From: Camelus ferus
Taxonomy: Eukaryota
Direction of reading: 5' to 3'
Length of the DNA: 64,000 nucleotides
NCBI RefSeq assembly: GCF_009834535.1
Contig: NC_045711.1
Coordinates: 43,462,001 to 43,526,000, forward strand
Shown: positions 36,136 to 49,751 of the stretch, piece by piece
Layout of the letters: each line of letters starts with the position of its first letter
Numbering within the stretch: position 1 is the first letter of the stretch
Notes under the pieces: model-generated
What the model saw: only the letters and a program-made list of their open reading frames with translations
What the model was told of the DNA's origin: nothing
The model's database searches: none
Translations under genes and position numbers: made by a program

Positions 36136-37699
36136 GGGTCAGTTTCCTCTCTGACTAGTTTCTTCTGGCCCCTGCCCTGCTTTAACTCCCCTTTCTTCAC
36201 GCCCCGACGATCCGGCCTCAGAGGACGTGGTTTGAGTGAGAAGTGCTGATCTGTCGCTGGGGACGACTTCTGCTCACACAGCCTGCAGGGGGTACACTGG
36301 AGTTTCTGGTGGATTCTGTGTGCAGATGTGGGTCCTGTGAGCCAACAAGCTCCTAAGAGGGAGGGTCTTTGTCCCATGTCTTCCACATCCCTGACCACGC
36401 CCTGCATGGCATTAGGCACACAGTAGGTCCGTAAACACGGTTACGGGTATGTCCGGAATCGGTGCAGCTCATGGTCAGGCTGACTGCTGGTCGAGCAGCT
36501 TGGGCCAGTGCCATCCTGGCCTCGCCGCGAATTCACCGCATGGCTGTCAGGAGGTCACTGCTCCCAGCCTGGCCTCCGCTCTCCCTCCTAGAGGGGATGA
36601 GGGTGGCTGGAGAGAGGTGGCTTCTTTCCCGCTCTGACCCTCCATGGCTGCCGGGGGCAGAATGCAGATGCCCGGGGACATCTGTGGTCGGAGCCCATTC
36701 CATCAGCCGCCAGTGCTCGGACCCCGCAGGGAGCTGTGCGGGGTGAGGATGTGTGTGAAGTGGGGTGCCTGCATTGCAAATGTGTGCATATATGTGTGTG
36801 TGTGTGTATGTCTATACACGTGTGTTCACTCTTGACTCCAGGTAACAGGTGAGAAAGCCAATGTCACAATGGAAGGACATAACTAACTTCTGGTCAGTCT
36901 GCGGGCATGGACCCTCCAGGACTTACTTTATTTCTTTGTTTCTCTCCTTTCAGTAAGCAGTTCCATAAACAAATATAAATGGGTGTCTGCAAGGCACCGC
37001 CTCTCTCTGGGGACCGAGACCCAGCTCCCAGGACTCAGGGTTGCCTAAGGGCCCCCAGGTCACAGGACACAGGCTGGCCTGAGGGATGTTCTGGAGATCC
37101 AGGCCCTGTGGGCCCCCCTCAGGGTTACCGGAGCTCGGCACTAACACAAACCTCCATCTGTGAGCTGGAGGGGAGGGTGCTAAATGTAGGAAAGTGGGCG
37201 CGGTGGTGGGGACGGAGCCCGGAGTTTGCGGAAAGTCACCCCCAGGGTGGAGGTCCTGGCTGCTCTCAGAAGCCCGGATGGCCTGGACATGCAAGGACCA
37301 GACCTCAGGATCCAGGTGATCGGCCACAGGAATCACGGGGTGGGGGCTGCAAGAAGTGGCGGCTGGGCTGCCTGCATTCCACCCCTCCTCAGCTCCAGCC
37401 TGAGGGCCCAGGCCTGCGTCCTGCTGGAATCTTCTCTCCCTTCACCCCTCCTCGTGGCCCCTCCCAGGCCCTCTCGAGACCCCTCTCCCCTCCCACTGCT
37501 ATGCCCTGGACCCAGCGTTAACCTCGCTCTGGGTCTCCTTGACTTCCCTGGTCCCACTCTTGGACACCTCTTTACTTTCTGCACCTGGTGAGGTTCTAGA
37601 GGTTGCAGAACATCCCTAGACTGATGTTCTGATAGACTGATAGAGTGATGCTGCTTCACTCCCACCTCTGTTCCCATCATCACATCGTCTCCTCTGTCC

Positions 37700-37990
37700 G
37701 GCCTTCTTACGAGGACCCACCTGTATACTCCAGGATAACCTCAAGACCCCGTACAACTGCCCCACGCACTGGGATGCTTTCCCTGAGCCCTCCCTCCTCC
37801 CAGGTGAAGGCTGCCGTCCCGTCACAGCACTGGGTCCCCTCGTGTCACACTGGCCCCTGTGTCTCCCCCTCTAGGCTGTGATCAAGGACTTGGCCTCTTT
37901 CAAATTAATGTCCTTACTTTGGTGCAAAGCCTGAGATGGTATACGTGCGTAATGAATAGTTTGCTGAGTAAATAAATGACTAAATGGATG
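37700..37990 (+). mobile_element. L2
   Basis: gctttccctgagccctcc...gtctccccctctaggctgtga...tttgctgagtaaataaatgac. Confidence 0.6.
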
Positions 37991-38480
37991 CATGTAATAA
38001 GCTCTGGGGCCTGTACAGATGGGGCCAATGCCCTGAGTCCGTGTGCTTTGGTTTCCAACAGCCCCTCCGCCTCCCCTCAGGGGGAGAAGTCTGCTTTCCC
38101 TTCCATGGGGTCTTGTGGCTGGGTTGGGATATTCAAGACGGTAGAAGGGAAGGGGTTGGTCCATCCCTTCCTCTTCTCCTGAAATGAAGCCGCCCACCAA
38201 CCCAACCATACTTGTTAATTCAAACTTTCCTCCAGGCCTCCTCTCACCCTACCTGGCTTCCCTTTCCAGTATTCTCATTTACCCCTCCCTGCCCCCCACC
38301 CAGTGATATCCAGGGAAACCCAGGGCGTCGCAGCCCATGCCAGGGACATCCTGACCATTCACCGCATGTCAGCAACCCCTCGATGGAGAGCAGTCCTCCC
38401 CAGGGTGGCCCAGGACGGCCCACCGGACGCACGCCAGTCTTCCAGTCTGCACTCACCCCGCTCTCCCACCATCCCCACTG

Positions 38481-38676
38481 NNNNNNNNNNNNNNNNNNNN
38501 NNNNNNNNNNNNNNNNNNNNNNNNNNNNNNNNNNNNNNNNNNNNNNNNNNNNNNNNNNNNNNNNNNNNNNNNNNNNNNNNNNNNNNNNNNNNNNNNNNNN
38601 NNNNNNNNNNNNNNNNNNNNNNNNNNNNNNNNNNNNNNNNNNNNNNNNNNNNNNNNNNNNNNNNNNNNNNNNNNNN
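38481..38676. other. Assembly gap (196 N)
   Basis: Run of N. Confidence 1.
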
Positions 38677-39269
38677 GAGAAGCATATGGGTGACTTCAGA
38701 CTGGGTTCCAGAGACTGGGGGGACCCCCGGAATCCCACAGCAGGCCAGCGTCCCCACAGCCCATCACAATCAGCCCCTCTGGGGAACAGTGACTCCTTAC
38801 CCCTGGCTAATGGCCTGACTTTTGCCAAGTGGGATTGCTGCATCAAAGAGCAAATCTGGGCACCCTTGGGGTTTGTTGCAATGGGATCTGGTCTCTTCTC
38901 TCTTCGTACACCCCCTCCCCGGGAGGTCCTGCTCGCTTTCAAGTGTCAGCATTGTCTGCAGGCTCCTGACCTTCTCATCTGCACCTCCAGCCCCAAGCTC
39001 TCTCCTGGGCTCCAGTCACGCTGATCCTACTGCCTGATAAGCATGACCTCAGGGGGACCCACAGACTCCGACACTCAGCATGTTCCAGCGGGAACGAGCT
39101 TTCTCAGTCTCCTCGCCCCGCTGGATGGTTCTCCTGTACCCTATGTCTGGGGAATAGCATTGCCACCTGCCCAGGGGCTCATCCAGACCCTCAGGGTGGC
39201 TGTCCACGCTCCCTCTCCCTCACCCCAACATCCAATTAACCAGCAGGGCCCGTCCACACAGTCTCTACA

Positions 39270-39665
39270 TTCAACTTGCATTTTGTCTTTTCTCTTCATT
39301 GCTGCCACAACTTAGGACCCCATCACACCCTTTGTTAACTGTGGTTCACTCTTTTTGAAATGCAAACCTGATTATATTAATCCTGTGCTTAAAATCTACA
39401 GTGGCTGACCAAGCCCCTTAGAGTAAAACCCAGGCCCTCCCTCCACACCCGGCCTTCTGTGATGCTCTCTGCCTACTCTGTCCTCCTCTCCCCATCTGAG
39501 TCCACGAAAATCCACTAGAAGATAAGCTCACGGGTTCAGGGACTTGCTCTTCATGTTCAATGAGGCATCCATCCCTGGTGGCTAGCATCATGCCTGGCAC
39601 CCGGGGGTACTTCTGAAATAAATGTCAAATGAATGAATGAATAAATAAATGAGTGAGTGAGTGGG
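39270..39665 (+). mobile_element. L2
   Basis: aaatgcaaacctgattatattaatcctgtgcttaaaatctacagtggct...catgcctggcac...aaatgaatgaatgaataaat. Confidence 0.8.
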
Positions 39666-39934
39666 TGCATGGAGCCAGGTCAAACCACCTGCAGCACCCC
39701 TGGATGTGCCCTGCTGGGTCACACACTTGTGGCTTTCTGTTGGCTGCTTCTGTCTGCTTGCACCTCCTCTCATTCCTCTTTCTGCCTGGGCAACCTCTAC
39801 CTGTTCTCCAAGACTGTTTGGATGCACCTCCTCCTCCAGGAAGCCTTCCCGAGCTCCTGGACGGAGCTGTACTACATCCCTCCTCACCACTCCCCTTGCC
39901 CCTCCGCCACTGTAGCTGTCACGTGCCACAGTGA

Positions 39935-40075
39935 CCACAGGGTGGGTATCGTTGCTCCCATGGTGCAGAGGAGGAAACCAAGGCCCAGAGAGATTAAGTG
40001 ACTTGCCTAAGGTCACACAGCTATTAAGCAGAGAAGCTGAGATGCAAAGCCATGTTTGTCTGATTCTAATAACAC
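39935..40075 (-). mobile_element. MIR
   Basis: gaggaaaccaaggcccagagagattaagtgacttgcctaaggtcacacagct. Confidence 0.9.
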
Positions 40076-41344
40076 AAGCGTGCTGTCATTGGGACATTTC
40101 TGAGCTATACACTGTTCCTCTCTGCCTTGCTTTTTCCACCAGCCAAACAATATTCATATGCATGAGCCCCTACTACATGCAAGGATTATGGGGATTGCAA
40201 GGAAGTCCAAGCCCTACTACCTGCCTTCACAACCTGCAGGAAGGGCCAGCAAAACACCAGATTCTGCATTTTCCTCCACTGTACAAAACAGCTCTGAGTC
40301 CCTGGCCAGCTGCACTATTTCAGGACAGCCAAGCCCCACTCTCTCAGCTTCATGGTTGGTGGAAGACAGCTGGAATAAAATTTTTCAAAGAGCTCTATCA
40401 TTACAAATGTACATAGCACTGAACTTGGCTAATGGACTGTCCCCGGAGAGATGCTCTCAGGGACCACTGTGATGCACAGATTCAAGCACTTTGTGCTTAG
40501 CACATCCGATGCAAGGGGCTGAACATGTGTGATTTCTGGGGTGCTCCAACAGAACTTTTCTCTTTAGACCCACTAAAAATCCTTTTTGGCTCCAAAATTG
40601 TTTATAATATTAACGTGCTTATGTATATGAAAAGATTTGGGAGTAAAAGTACATTTCAGCTTAGCATCAGATTGTTGCAAGTTCCAACCCCTCCCTTTCC
40701 TGCCATACTTGAACTTCAGGATATTGGGCTGGGGTTAGAATGTGGTGTGTACTCCTGGAGTCAGCTGGGATCGAAGCCCTACCGCAAACATGCTGTGTGG
40801 CATTGATAAAGGTACTGATCCTCTCTGAGCTTCCAAAGAGGGTGAGAAGATAAGAGAACTGAAAGGGGTCTTAGAGGTCATCCCGTCCCCCAACCTTACT
40901 TTGTAGGTGAGGCTGGAGACCTGGGGGAGAGGAAGGCTGTGCAGGAAGGACGTGTCCACCTGGGACGCGGACTCCTCGTCCAGCCTGTTCCCTCTTTCAT
41001 AACAGCCTCCCTCAGTTTCCCCACTTAGAAGAGGAGATGCAGGATCTCGGAGACTGACCATCAGCCGACCACTGACAGTGCCTGCTCTGTGCCGGGCACT
41101 GGGCTGGCACCACCGAAGCCTCATGAATCCATTTCTTCTCCTGTCGAGGAGGGAGAAGACCCGTCTTTGCAGTGGGAGTGGCAGAGACTCGCTCCCCATC
41201 CTTGGCTGCCCGTGCCAGGCCTGGTATTCTTCCTGGGCCCAGCTAGAGGGGTCCTGCGGGTGCCCCAGTGTCAATCCCAGCTTTCCTGCCCCCTCCTCTG
41301 GGAGGTGGGTGCACAAACTTGCCAGGCATCCCCTGACACAGGTC

Positions 41345-41660
41345 AGACGCTCTTCCCCTACAAGGCCTGGAATGTTCTCCCCACACTCTTTGCCTGGACT
41401 ATTTGTGATCAGACTTGGCTTAAATGCCACCTCCTCAGAAGCCTGGCCGGGCCACCCCCACCCCTGCTCCCAGCCTCCATTTAAATTGGAGTTTCTTGTT
41501 TTACAACCTCAGATCTCCGGTATTTTTCCTTTATGGCGCCCATTAGAGCGTGTACCTAGATGGTTCTTCGTGTGATTATTTGTCGGGTATGTCTTCCACC
41601 AGACTGTACGCCTGGAGAGTGCGGGGACTGTGTCTGTATTGTTGAACAGATGAATGCATG
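41345..41660 (+). mobile_element. L2
   Basis: gcctggaatgttctcccc...gcttaaatgccacctcctcagaagcct...ttgttgaacagatgaatg. Confidence 0.8.
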
Positions 41661-42511
41661 GGCTTCAAGGTGCTGCCACCTCCCATCCGCCTGCCCACTT
41701 CTGGGAAGCGCCCTTCGGTGCTGGCCAGCCTTGCTGGCCCCGGCGGGAGCCCACGCTGACATCTCGGCCAACTCCCCTCCCCTCCCTTTCTCTACTCCTG
41801 CCCTTCTCAACTTCCCACTTAACTGTTCCGAAGCATTTTCGCTTGATTCTCCAGGAAGGTGTTAGAGGAAACAATCTTTTTCAGGAGGGAAGACAGTTTA
41901 CCTTCGTGGGGGCAGGAGAGGGGGCTCAGGGATGGGCAGGCACACGCCGGCTGCACCTCCCTGCCCACGCTCCTGCCTGACTGTTCTGAGAGGATAATTG
42001 TCCTCTCTGCTCAACATCAAAGGCCCTGAGAGCTATTCAGACATGGCACCGTTTTCCTGCGAACTTGGGACAAGATGCTGCTCTCCTTCCCCGTTTTGGT
42101 GCATAATGACGTGTAAGTGGAACACACTGCTTCAAATGTACGCCTCATCGCCCCCAGCCAGAAAATACCATTCATTTAAGTCTGGACCGTCAGGCCGAGC
42201 TCGCGGCTTCCCCAGACCTGCCATGCTCCCGGGCACCTCTCTGCTCTCCTGGTGAGTGCCGACAGCCCCTCCGCAGATGGCAGGGTTGGCCTTGCCGGGT
42301 TGCTGGGAGTCTAGAATTGCCCTGAGTTGGATCAGTCTGTAAGAATGAATGGTGCACATTTCAAACCTGGATCTCGAAGAGTGACGGTGGCGGGGAGCCT
42401 GAGATAAAAACAGGCCCCGCGACCATCATCTTCACTGCTGACATTTGCACCGTGCGTTACAGTTTAGAGAGCCTCAACTTTCTCAATGGCCTCGTTAAGT
42501 TGAAGGGAAGG

Positions 42512-42705
42512 AAACTAACATTCTCCGAGCCTCTGCTCAGTGCTGGCCCTTGCCTGGCATTTTCAAAGGAGTGACCTCATTCCGAATTGGGGTCCCAACC
42601 ACCCCGATGGGGAGGCATCTTATTCCCATGTGCCCATTTTACAGTTGAGGAGACTGAGGCTGGGGAAGAGGTAGGTAGTGGAGCTGGGACCCACAGGTGT
42701 GATTT
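42512..42705 (-). mobile_element. MIR
   Basis: cccattttacagttgaggagactgaggct. Confidence 0.8.
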
Positions 42706-43419
42706 TATCACCAAGGAAGTTACCAGGAAGGCACACTTGGGATTTCGAGCCAGACAGGAAGGTATCAAAGCAGCTTGCTCATTACTTGTCAAGTCTGTGG
42801 CCTTGAATGGGGCATTTACTTTTCCCAATTCCAGTTTCCTCATCAGCAAATTGAGCAAGATAATATGGCACACCGAAATGAGAGATTTGTTTGGAAGATT
42901 CCATAACAGACATCTTTACAAGTTATAAATTCATCCTGGGGCGGGGGTGTGGGGTTACTATGTTTGTCCTTTTCAGCAGAAGAGAGAGAAGTTATTTGGG
43001 ATATGGGGGGACATCAGTGATGAATTGAAGAATGAAGGGCTGAGGGGTCCTGTCCTTTCTGCTTATCGTCTTGAAGTAGTCAGAGGGATGGAAACCGTCA
43101 TGTACATGGAGTGCTTATTCCTTAAGAATGTTAAGCCTGTTACTGGAAGCCCAGGGTAGCCAATGGGATTACGGGGGCCATGGAGTCCTGTAGGAGAGGG
43201 AGATGCTTTGATGCATACAATCCTCTCTGAAAATATACATTGGGATTCCAACAACGGAATTGTAACCAGTTATTGGTGCAGTGTGTAGCCACTGCCAGTC
43301 TGAAGCTGGCATGTTCTAAATCCAAGAAACCTGAATGCAGGGTTTGGGAGAGGGTCTCACTGCCTCCCAGTAGCTCTCGGAGTAGCTCTGATGTCACCGA
43401 CTGGCTTTGTTGCCCTCTC

Positions 43420-43602
43420 GGGAGCGCCATTCACATTTTATCTGCTGTCACTCATTTTTGCAGCAGTCCTGAGGTTGGTATTCTCACCCCCGTCTTACAG
43501 ATGAGGAAACTGAGGCCCAGAGAGGCTGGGTCAGGTCACAGGGCTGGTATGTGAAGAGTCCAGGGTGAAATTCACTTTTGCCTAATTCCAAAGCCTGTGC
43601 TC
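43420..43602 (-). mobile_element. MIR
   Basis: ttacagatgaggaaactgaggcccagagagg. Confidence 0.85.
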
Positions 43603-43784
43603 ATGGCCCCTTGTTCCTGGTACCTACAGCTCACCCCCTCACCCCCTCCCAACCTGCTCTGTTCCCTGCAGACTGATGAAATTGGTGCCTTGCTAACACG
43701 AGGGCTCTCCCACCTGGTAGTGGAGGAGGTGTATCTCAGAGTCTGGGGAATCTTGCGAAAGTGCGGGCACCCAAAACCTTCTCG

Positions 43785-43925
43785 CCCAAATGTCTCATTT
43801 TGCAGGTAGAGGATCTAAGGCTCAGAGAGGTGGAGTGTCCTTCCCCAGGTCACACAGCTAGTTTGGAGGCAGAGTTGAGATCAGACCTGGGCTTAATGGC
43901 TTGGGTCTGTGCTCTTCCTCTAAAG
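43785..43925 (-). mobile_element. MIR
   Basis: ctaaggctcagagaggtggagtgtccttccccaggtcacacagctagt. Confidence 0.85.
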
Positions 43926-45129
43926 CCGGGTATTTGCACATGCTAGGGGTTGGAGATTATGTCCAGGGTCCTTTCTGCCTTTCCCCTTCCCAGGGGCACT
44001 GCATCCAGGAATAACAGAAAGGGTACAGCTGCTGCTGGCCCAAGTGCCAGCCTCTAGGCTCGCGTGACCTGCTGGGGCATCCTGCCTTACAGAGCCCGGG
44101 AGATGCAACGTGGAGGCCTTGCTGGGAAAGGCTAGAGATGGCTGAAACCCACGAAAACAGAGTTCTCTGGTCCAATTAGTAGTGCAAACAACATTTCTAC
44201 ACCATGTTCCTACTTAAGAAAATAAATTATGTATAAGTTCTCTTCAAGACTGTTGCAATATCCACTTGCCAGCACACAACTGGGCCTGCAAAGCTTCCAA
44301 CCTTCCCAGCCTTCATTAATCCTGACCTTTAAGGCTTCTCCGAGGCAGTGAGTTTCTCGTCTCTTCTTGCTTATGACACTTGAAGGAAATGGAATTGTAC
44401 TGCTCCAGAAGGCCTCTGAAACTCAGCCTTTTGTCCCCCAACCACCCCGAGCTGAATGCACTTTCCTCACCAAAAGTTGCTGAAATTTCTCATTCAGGCT
44501 GTTTTCAAAATTACAGAGGTGCTAAAACCCACCGTTCAGTTTCATCGGCTCTGTTTTCCTCTATCAAACTCCTCAAACCCGTTTCACCTGCTGGGAAGTG
44601 AGACAGTCTGTCAAATGCGTTAGCAGGCTTCCAGGCAACAAAATGAAGCTGCCTTTTCTTTTCTGAAGTTGCGAGGAACGTGTTTGAGAATGACACACGG
44701 CAGAGGGAGGCACTCAAGAGGGGGCCACCGCAGACGGGCAGCGCTTAGAAGGCAAGGACAGCATCGTATTCAGAAACCTGCTTGCTTTTTTACATCTCCC
44801 TGTAACAAGAATTTCTGACCACCTATCGTATTCCAAGCACTGTTGCATGACCGTGCTTTTCCCCGTAATGGGATTAAAAAGGCAATTTCAACAAATTTCC
44901 CATGAAAGCACCTCCGTGTGGCTGTCACTGTCCTTGGGAGAGAGGGAGACAGGGGAACGCGGCTCCTTGGCAGCCCTCATCCCAACCAAGAGACTTCGGT
45001 CTCTTTCAGGAAATCATTAATACCATTCTTCTTGGGGCTTCTTTATGGGGGGAAGAGAAGAATGTGGAATCATTGGGTGTTTACTGGAGTCAGGCGTGGC
45101 ATGGATCGCGTTACATACCTTTTATCTGT

Positions 45130-45245
45130 TAAGGCTCACAGAGCCCTCTGATGTGGGTGTCATTCTCCGCAGTTTGTAGATGGGAGTATCGAGGCTCTGC
45201 GAGGCTAAACACCTTATCCAAGGTCCTACAGCTAGAGTGGTTTGC
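45130..45245 (-). mobile_element. MIR
   Basis: gtagatgggagtatcgaggctctgcgaggctaaacaccttatccaaggtcctacagct. Confidence 0.65.
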
Positions 45246-45914
45246 CTGACTTTTCCCTTTACTACGTATGGGTTGTTGGAAGAACGCTTAGCATTATCTG
45301 AATGTTCAACATGGGACTGTGACCCCCTCCTGCACACCCTCGCCCCTGTCTCCCAGGATGCAACGCTGGCTGTGGCAGTTTCACTAAGAGGCCCTCCTGC
45401 CTCCTCACCCCGAGCCTGACACACAGCCCGGGCCTTCTCTGCTGGGCTGCTGCCCAGAGAGCTTCAGATGTGTGAGCACCACGTGGAAGAAAAGAGCATC
45501 AGGTGACTGCAAAGCTGTCAGCTGGGGGACAGCGGTGTGGAGGGGAGCAGCGGGTGGCTGCGTGCTCGCCTGCAGTTCAAACGTTTTGTGGGCAAATGTT
45601 CCCTCGGAGGACGGCTCCGGTGGGCAGAGGGGCAGCCTGGAGATGCTCCAGCTGCTCACCCGGAGGGAGTCGTCTGAAGTGCCACACCTCCACAGACGCA
45701 CCCCTCCAGGAACCTCATGTGAGAATCCCAAATTGGGCCTGATGGGGGTTACGGGGCTGGGAGTGGGGAGCCGGAAGCCGTTCAGGTGGGGCTGCAGCTG
45801 GGCTGGTGGGGCTGGGGGGAGTGGAGTCTGGGCATGGTGGAAGTTTCAGATGGCACCCAAGGACGGGTCGGTGGCTCTTTCTGCTGGGATCCTCCACTGT
45901 CCGTCTCCTGTGGG

Positions 45915-46200
45915 CAGGCGGGGCTATGTCATTTTCATCTCTGGATTCCCAGTGCCTGGCCCCGTACCTGGCACACAGTAGGTACCTACTTAATGGGCAG
46001 GTACAAGAAAAAAGTCAAGCAGTAACTTGGGAACCAGGCAGCCCCGGCTTCCAAAGCTGGCTCCGTACAGACTTGGGGAAGCCATTTCATCTCTCTGGAT
46101 CTTGATCCCTTATCCTGGAAATGCTGGTACGAGTAACTTCCAACAGAATTGTTGTAAAGATCAAAAAGGCTACAGTGATCTGAAAACACTCTGTAGGGAA
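45915..46200 (+). mobile_element. L2 3' tail followed by degenerate MIR
   Basis: cctggcacacagtaggtacct (L2); ttggggaagccatttcatctctctggatc...ttgttgtaaagatcaaa (MIR). Confidence 0.6.
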
Positions 46201-46344
46201 AAAAATGCTCAGCCCAAGCAGAGAACACTCCTGCTTGTGGTCTGTATCCTACCTGAGCCCTGAAGGATCGGGGAAGTGAGAGTTGTTACTTGCCTGTAGA
46301 AATGGAATCTGAGATGTGGCTCCACCTGGGACCACGTATGTGGC

Positions 46345-46530
46345 TCATCCATTCATTCACATGCTTGGTGAACATCTACAGAACTTCTCTTGCATTCGAG
46401 AACTGCCCCAGGCACAGGGGATGCAGAGATGAATCAACTCTTTTGAAACCACCTAGTAGGGAGAGTGACCCTGCAGGATGATCCTGGGTGTTGCCAAGTG
46501 CTGTGGGAGTGCACAGAAGGAGGCTGTCTG
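46345..46530 (-). mobile_element. L2 3' end
   Basis: catccattcattcac...ggcacaggggatgcagagatgaat...gtgctgtgggagtgcacagaagg. Confidence 0.7.
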
Positions 46531-48959
46531 ATGGGCAGTGGTGGTGGTGGTGGGGGTCTCGGAGGAGGGCTGATACAGAATTCTCTCTAGGGACAGCACT
46601 GGTGACACCGGTGGTATTTAGCAGGTTGAGACAGATCCCTTAGGCTGGCTCCTGGCCTTAGCAGGGCCATGCTGATGCCAGGAAGGCCAGTGGTGTCCGC
46701 TCAGCCCTGCCTGTCAATCCATCACTCCAGCTCTTTTCTGCTTCCAGAACCAAACACCTCCCAGGTAGACACCCATGGGTTCTACTCAGAGGCGGGCAGG
46801 ATTTGTGGAAGAACACAGAATTTAGAGTCAGATGACCCTGGCTGAACACCTACTATGTGCCAGACACCGTGCACAGTGAATTATAGAGCTTAGCTGTCAC
46901 AGCTGGCGGATGATTATTAAGACAGAGATGCAGTGACCAAGAGGAGCTGGCATCTGATTCTCTCCAAGAAGACCAGTGTCAGTCTCAGAGGATCCCGCTG
47001 ACCTGCTCTCCCAAGCCTGGCCCTCTGATCTGCCCACTGTCAACAGGTTGCCAAGCCAAACCTAGGGATATAGGGTCAAGGCAAGCAGATTAACAAAAAG
47101 AGCTTTTTTTTTTCTAGCAAGCCAAGGCTGACTGCAAATACCACCCTCTTAGCCATCACGAGATGTGGGGAGCAGGACCCAAGAGGGGTTCCCTGCCTTC
47201 AGGAAGCTCAGAAAAAGTGAAGAGGAAAGAATGGGCACAAATCGACCCCAGCCCGTTACTATGTCCCCCTGCTGCTCCCATTCCCTCCTAACCCTGCTGC
47301 CGGGATTCCTGCCTCCCCAGCTGGTGCCAGTTCCCAGGCAAAGCCGATTGGTTACAGGGTGTGTTCAAGGCGCAGCATCCCAGATGCACCGGGACGTGGC
47401 GCTGAGTTCTGCCACAGTCGGCTGTTCCGGGGGGCAGAGCCCCGCGGCGGGGCCCATCTCAGTCCAATGTTCTGATTACTCACGAGATAATGGAGGCGAA
47501 GTGCCTGGCAGAGGGTACTCACTTAATAACATTAGCTACAATAGTTACTAGCAGTAGGGATTCTGTTCCTGAGTTCTGAAATCTGAGCTCCTGCTCGATG
47601 TGATTTCTGGGTTCGCGGTCTCTGTTACAAGTTCTTTTCACAGTCGATCGCCTGATCCTCTGACTACAGCCCTGCGTCCACATCTAAGTGCTGCCCGCTG
47701 GACATACAGGAATATGTGCTCTCTTGGTTTTCCTGTGGCCATGCCCAGACCCCTTCTGGAATATTCCTTGGTATTCCTATATAAGAAGTTTCTATCACCG
47801 TGGCTGGCTGGATATTTCTGCTCAGCTGAACTTCACCTTTTCCCCACCTTCCCAGCACCCATCCCAGGGGCTTGGGTGGGCTTCCCATCCCACTGGGAGT
47901 GTCTTATACCTGGATGACCACCCTGAGATGAGACATGTGTCATTCCTTGCACCTGCCTCACTATATACCTTCTGGGAATCGCTTTTCTTGGGGCAGGTGT
48001 GGGATGGGGGAGGGAAGTGGTGGGGATCAGAAATGTGTTCTATTTTGTTCCTGGTTAATTTCTCATTAGTCTACAGGGCTGTGTGGAAAACAATGCTGGG
48101 TGAAAACCAAATGATGGTTTATGATGTTTACAGAGGAAAAGCAGATGTTCCAATTAATGCTAGGGCTGAAAACCATCCCAAGGCAGGCTGATTTTAAAGC
48201 AGATCAAGAAAAGGTCAAATAGGTAACTACCCACACGGCACGAAAGTCCTCACACCACATTCTTACTGATTTCATGTTTTCTCATTAAAAGCATATTTCA
48301 GCTGCTCCAGAAACTGTTCAGAGAATGTCACTGTCTTCTAGCTCTTCCTCACGGCTGGTCTTAGAGGCTGAGCAGCATGTAACTTGAGTAGAAAAGCCTG
48401 CATCCTGAGTGTTCAAAGGCATCACAGATTCACAAATGCAGAGAGGGTTTGGGTGGTTTAATCAGATTGCTTTCCTGACACGTGGAATTAAGGCCCACTG
48501 GCAGACACAGCGTGCACGACACCGCTTTCCTTCCTAGGTCCAGAGCACACATGACTGATCACAGCTCTCCTTCCCTTGGAGTCTCAGATTTTTTATTTTT
48601 TAGCCCACTAATTCTGGCCACCACTATGAGTCTATTGGGGGTTTAGGCAGAAGGGACTCCAGGTGGGGACAGAGGCAGAGGTAGGACTTTGTATGTTTCA
48701 AAAGAAACTGCTTAGATTTCTCCCCTGCACTCTGGGGAAGCAAGCATCAGCTTTAGAATCAAACACCAGCTCTGCCATTTGCAAGCTTTTAAAGTTGGGC
48801 TAATATATCTTGAAGATCCCCATGTCTCTCTGTCTCGGATTGGTGGACTGGACTCCCAGGCGACCGACCGTCATTTTCACGGTGCCACGGTTCCTTGACT
48901 TATGATCCGAGCATCAAAGGACCTGAGATGATTAGGGGCTTTCAAAATGAAAGACCAAG

Positions 48960-49120
48960 CATTCCGTAGTTCGTCCAACATCTAATGAGCAACTATTCCG
49001 TATCAAAAACTCTGTGAGGTCCTGGGAATGCAAAGATAAATAAGACACGGCCCCTGCGCTGGGTAGTTTATGAGCTGTCGGGGGTAGACATGGAGATAAA
49101 ACAGCTCCAGATCATCAAGG
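48960..49120 (-). mobile_element. L2 3' end
   Basis: tgagcaactatt...ctgggaatgcaaagataaataagacacggcccctgc. Confidence 0.7.
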
Positions 49121-49611
49121 AGACGCAGCAGCTGTGAGGCCATCATTGAGTCACTCACATCAAGTTACAGAATGCAGCTCTGGAGGAACAACTAACATGA
49201 AGCGAAGTCCACCTGTGTAGTATTTGTTCCAATTGTTCGGTCCTGTTGAGCGTTGCAGAGGGCCTGTTTTCAGCTACTGCTTTTCCACCAGCCTACCCTA
49301 CAGCCGGGCTTTCTGGGTCCCCTCCACACTCCCCTGCCAGCCCTACTGCATCTCCTCACTTCCAAATCAGGGCCCAGACTAGGATGAGACAGGCCAGGTG
49401 CCTACAGAGCAGAATTTTAGGAGGCACTCACTTCACTTCCAAATACAGCTTCACAGCAAATACAGTTGACTAACCTGAGAATGAGCACCTCCTTAAATTT
49501 TGCACCCTAGTCGGTGGGGGTCGGGGGAGGCCCCTGCTCCAGAAAAGGTCAGATGGAGACAGGAGGAGAGACATTCATGATCAAAGTGGCATGACAGCTG
49601 GTTCTCACAAG

Positions 49612-49715
49612 TTTGCAAAACAGAGACTGTTGTCCCATTTACAGATGAAGAAACTGAGGCTCAGAGAGGGTGAGCTGCTTGCAGAGGCATCACGGAGTAA
49701 TGAAAGATCTCAGGC
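49612..49715 (-). mobile_element. MIR
   Basis: cccatttacagatgaagaaactgaggctcagagaggg. Confidence 0.85.
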
Positions 49716-49751
49716 TCTTTTTCACTGAGGCAGATCTAAAGGGGGATCCCT

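Noticed and set aside
38212-39024. Long ORFs (up to 270 aa) and a possible minus-strand exon ending at GG|gtgagt 38458
   Set aside because: Length is inflated by 196 N; the acceptor is weak and no compatible neighbouring exon was found
40735-41430. 231-aa minus-strand ORF
   Set aside because: Overlaps MIR and L2 fragments; composition typical of a chance GC-rich ORF
47330-47540. Apparent promoter (two CCAAT boxes, GC box, CpGs)
   Set aside because: The right half resolves as a degenerate MIR 3' end; no downstream exon evidence
48201-48217. DR5 RARE-like AGATCA-agaaa-AGGTCA (and DR1-like 28908-28920)
   Set aside because: Each has a mismatched half-site; matches at this level are frequent by chance, and the second lies in L2
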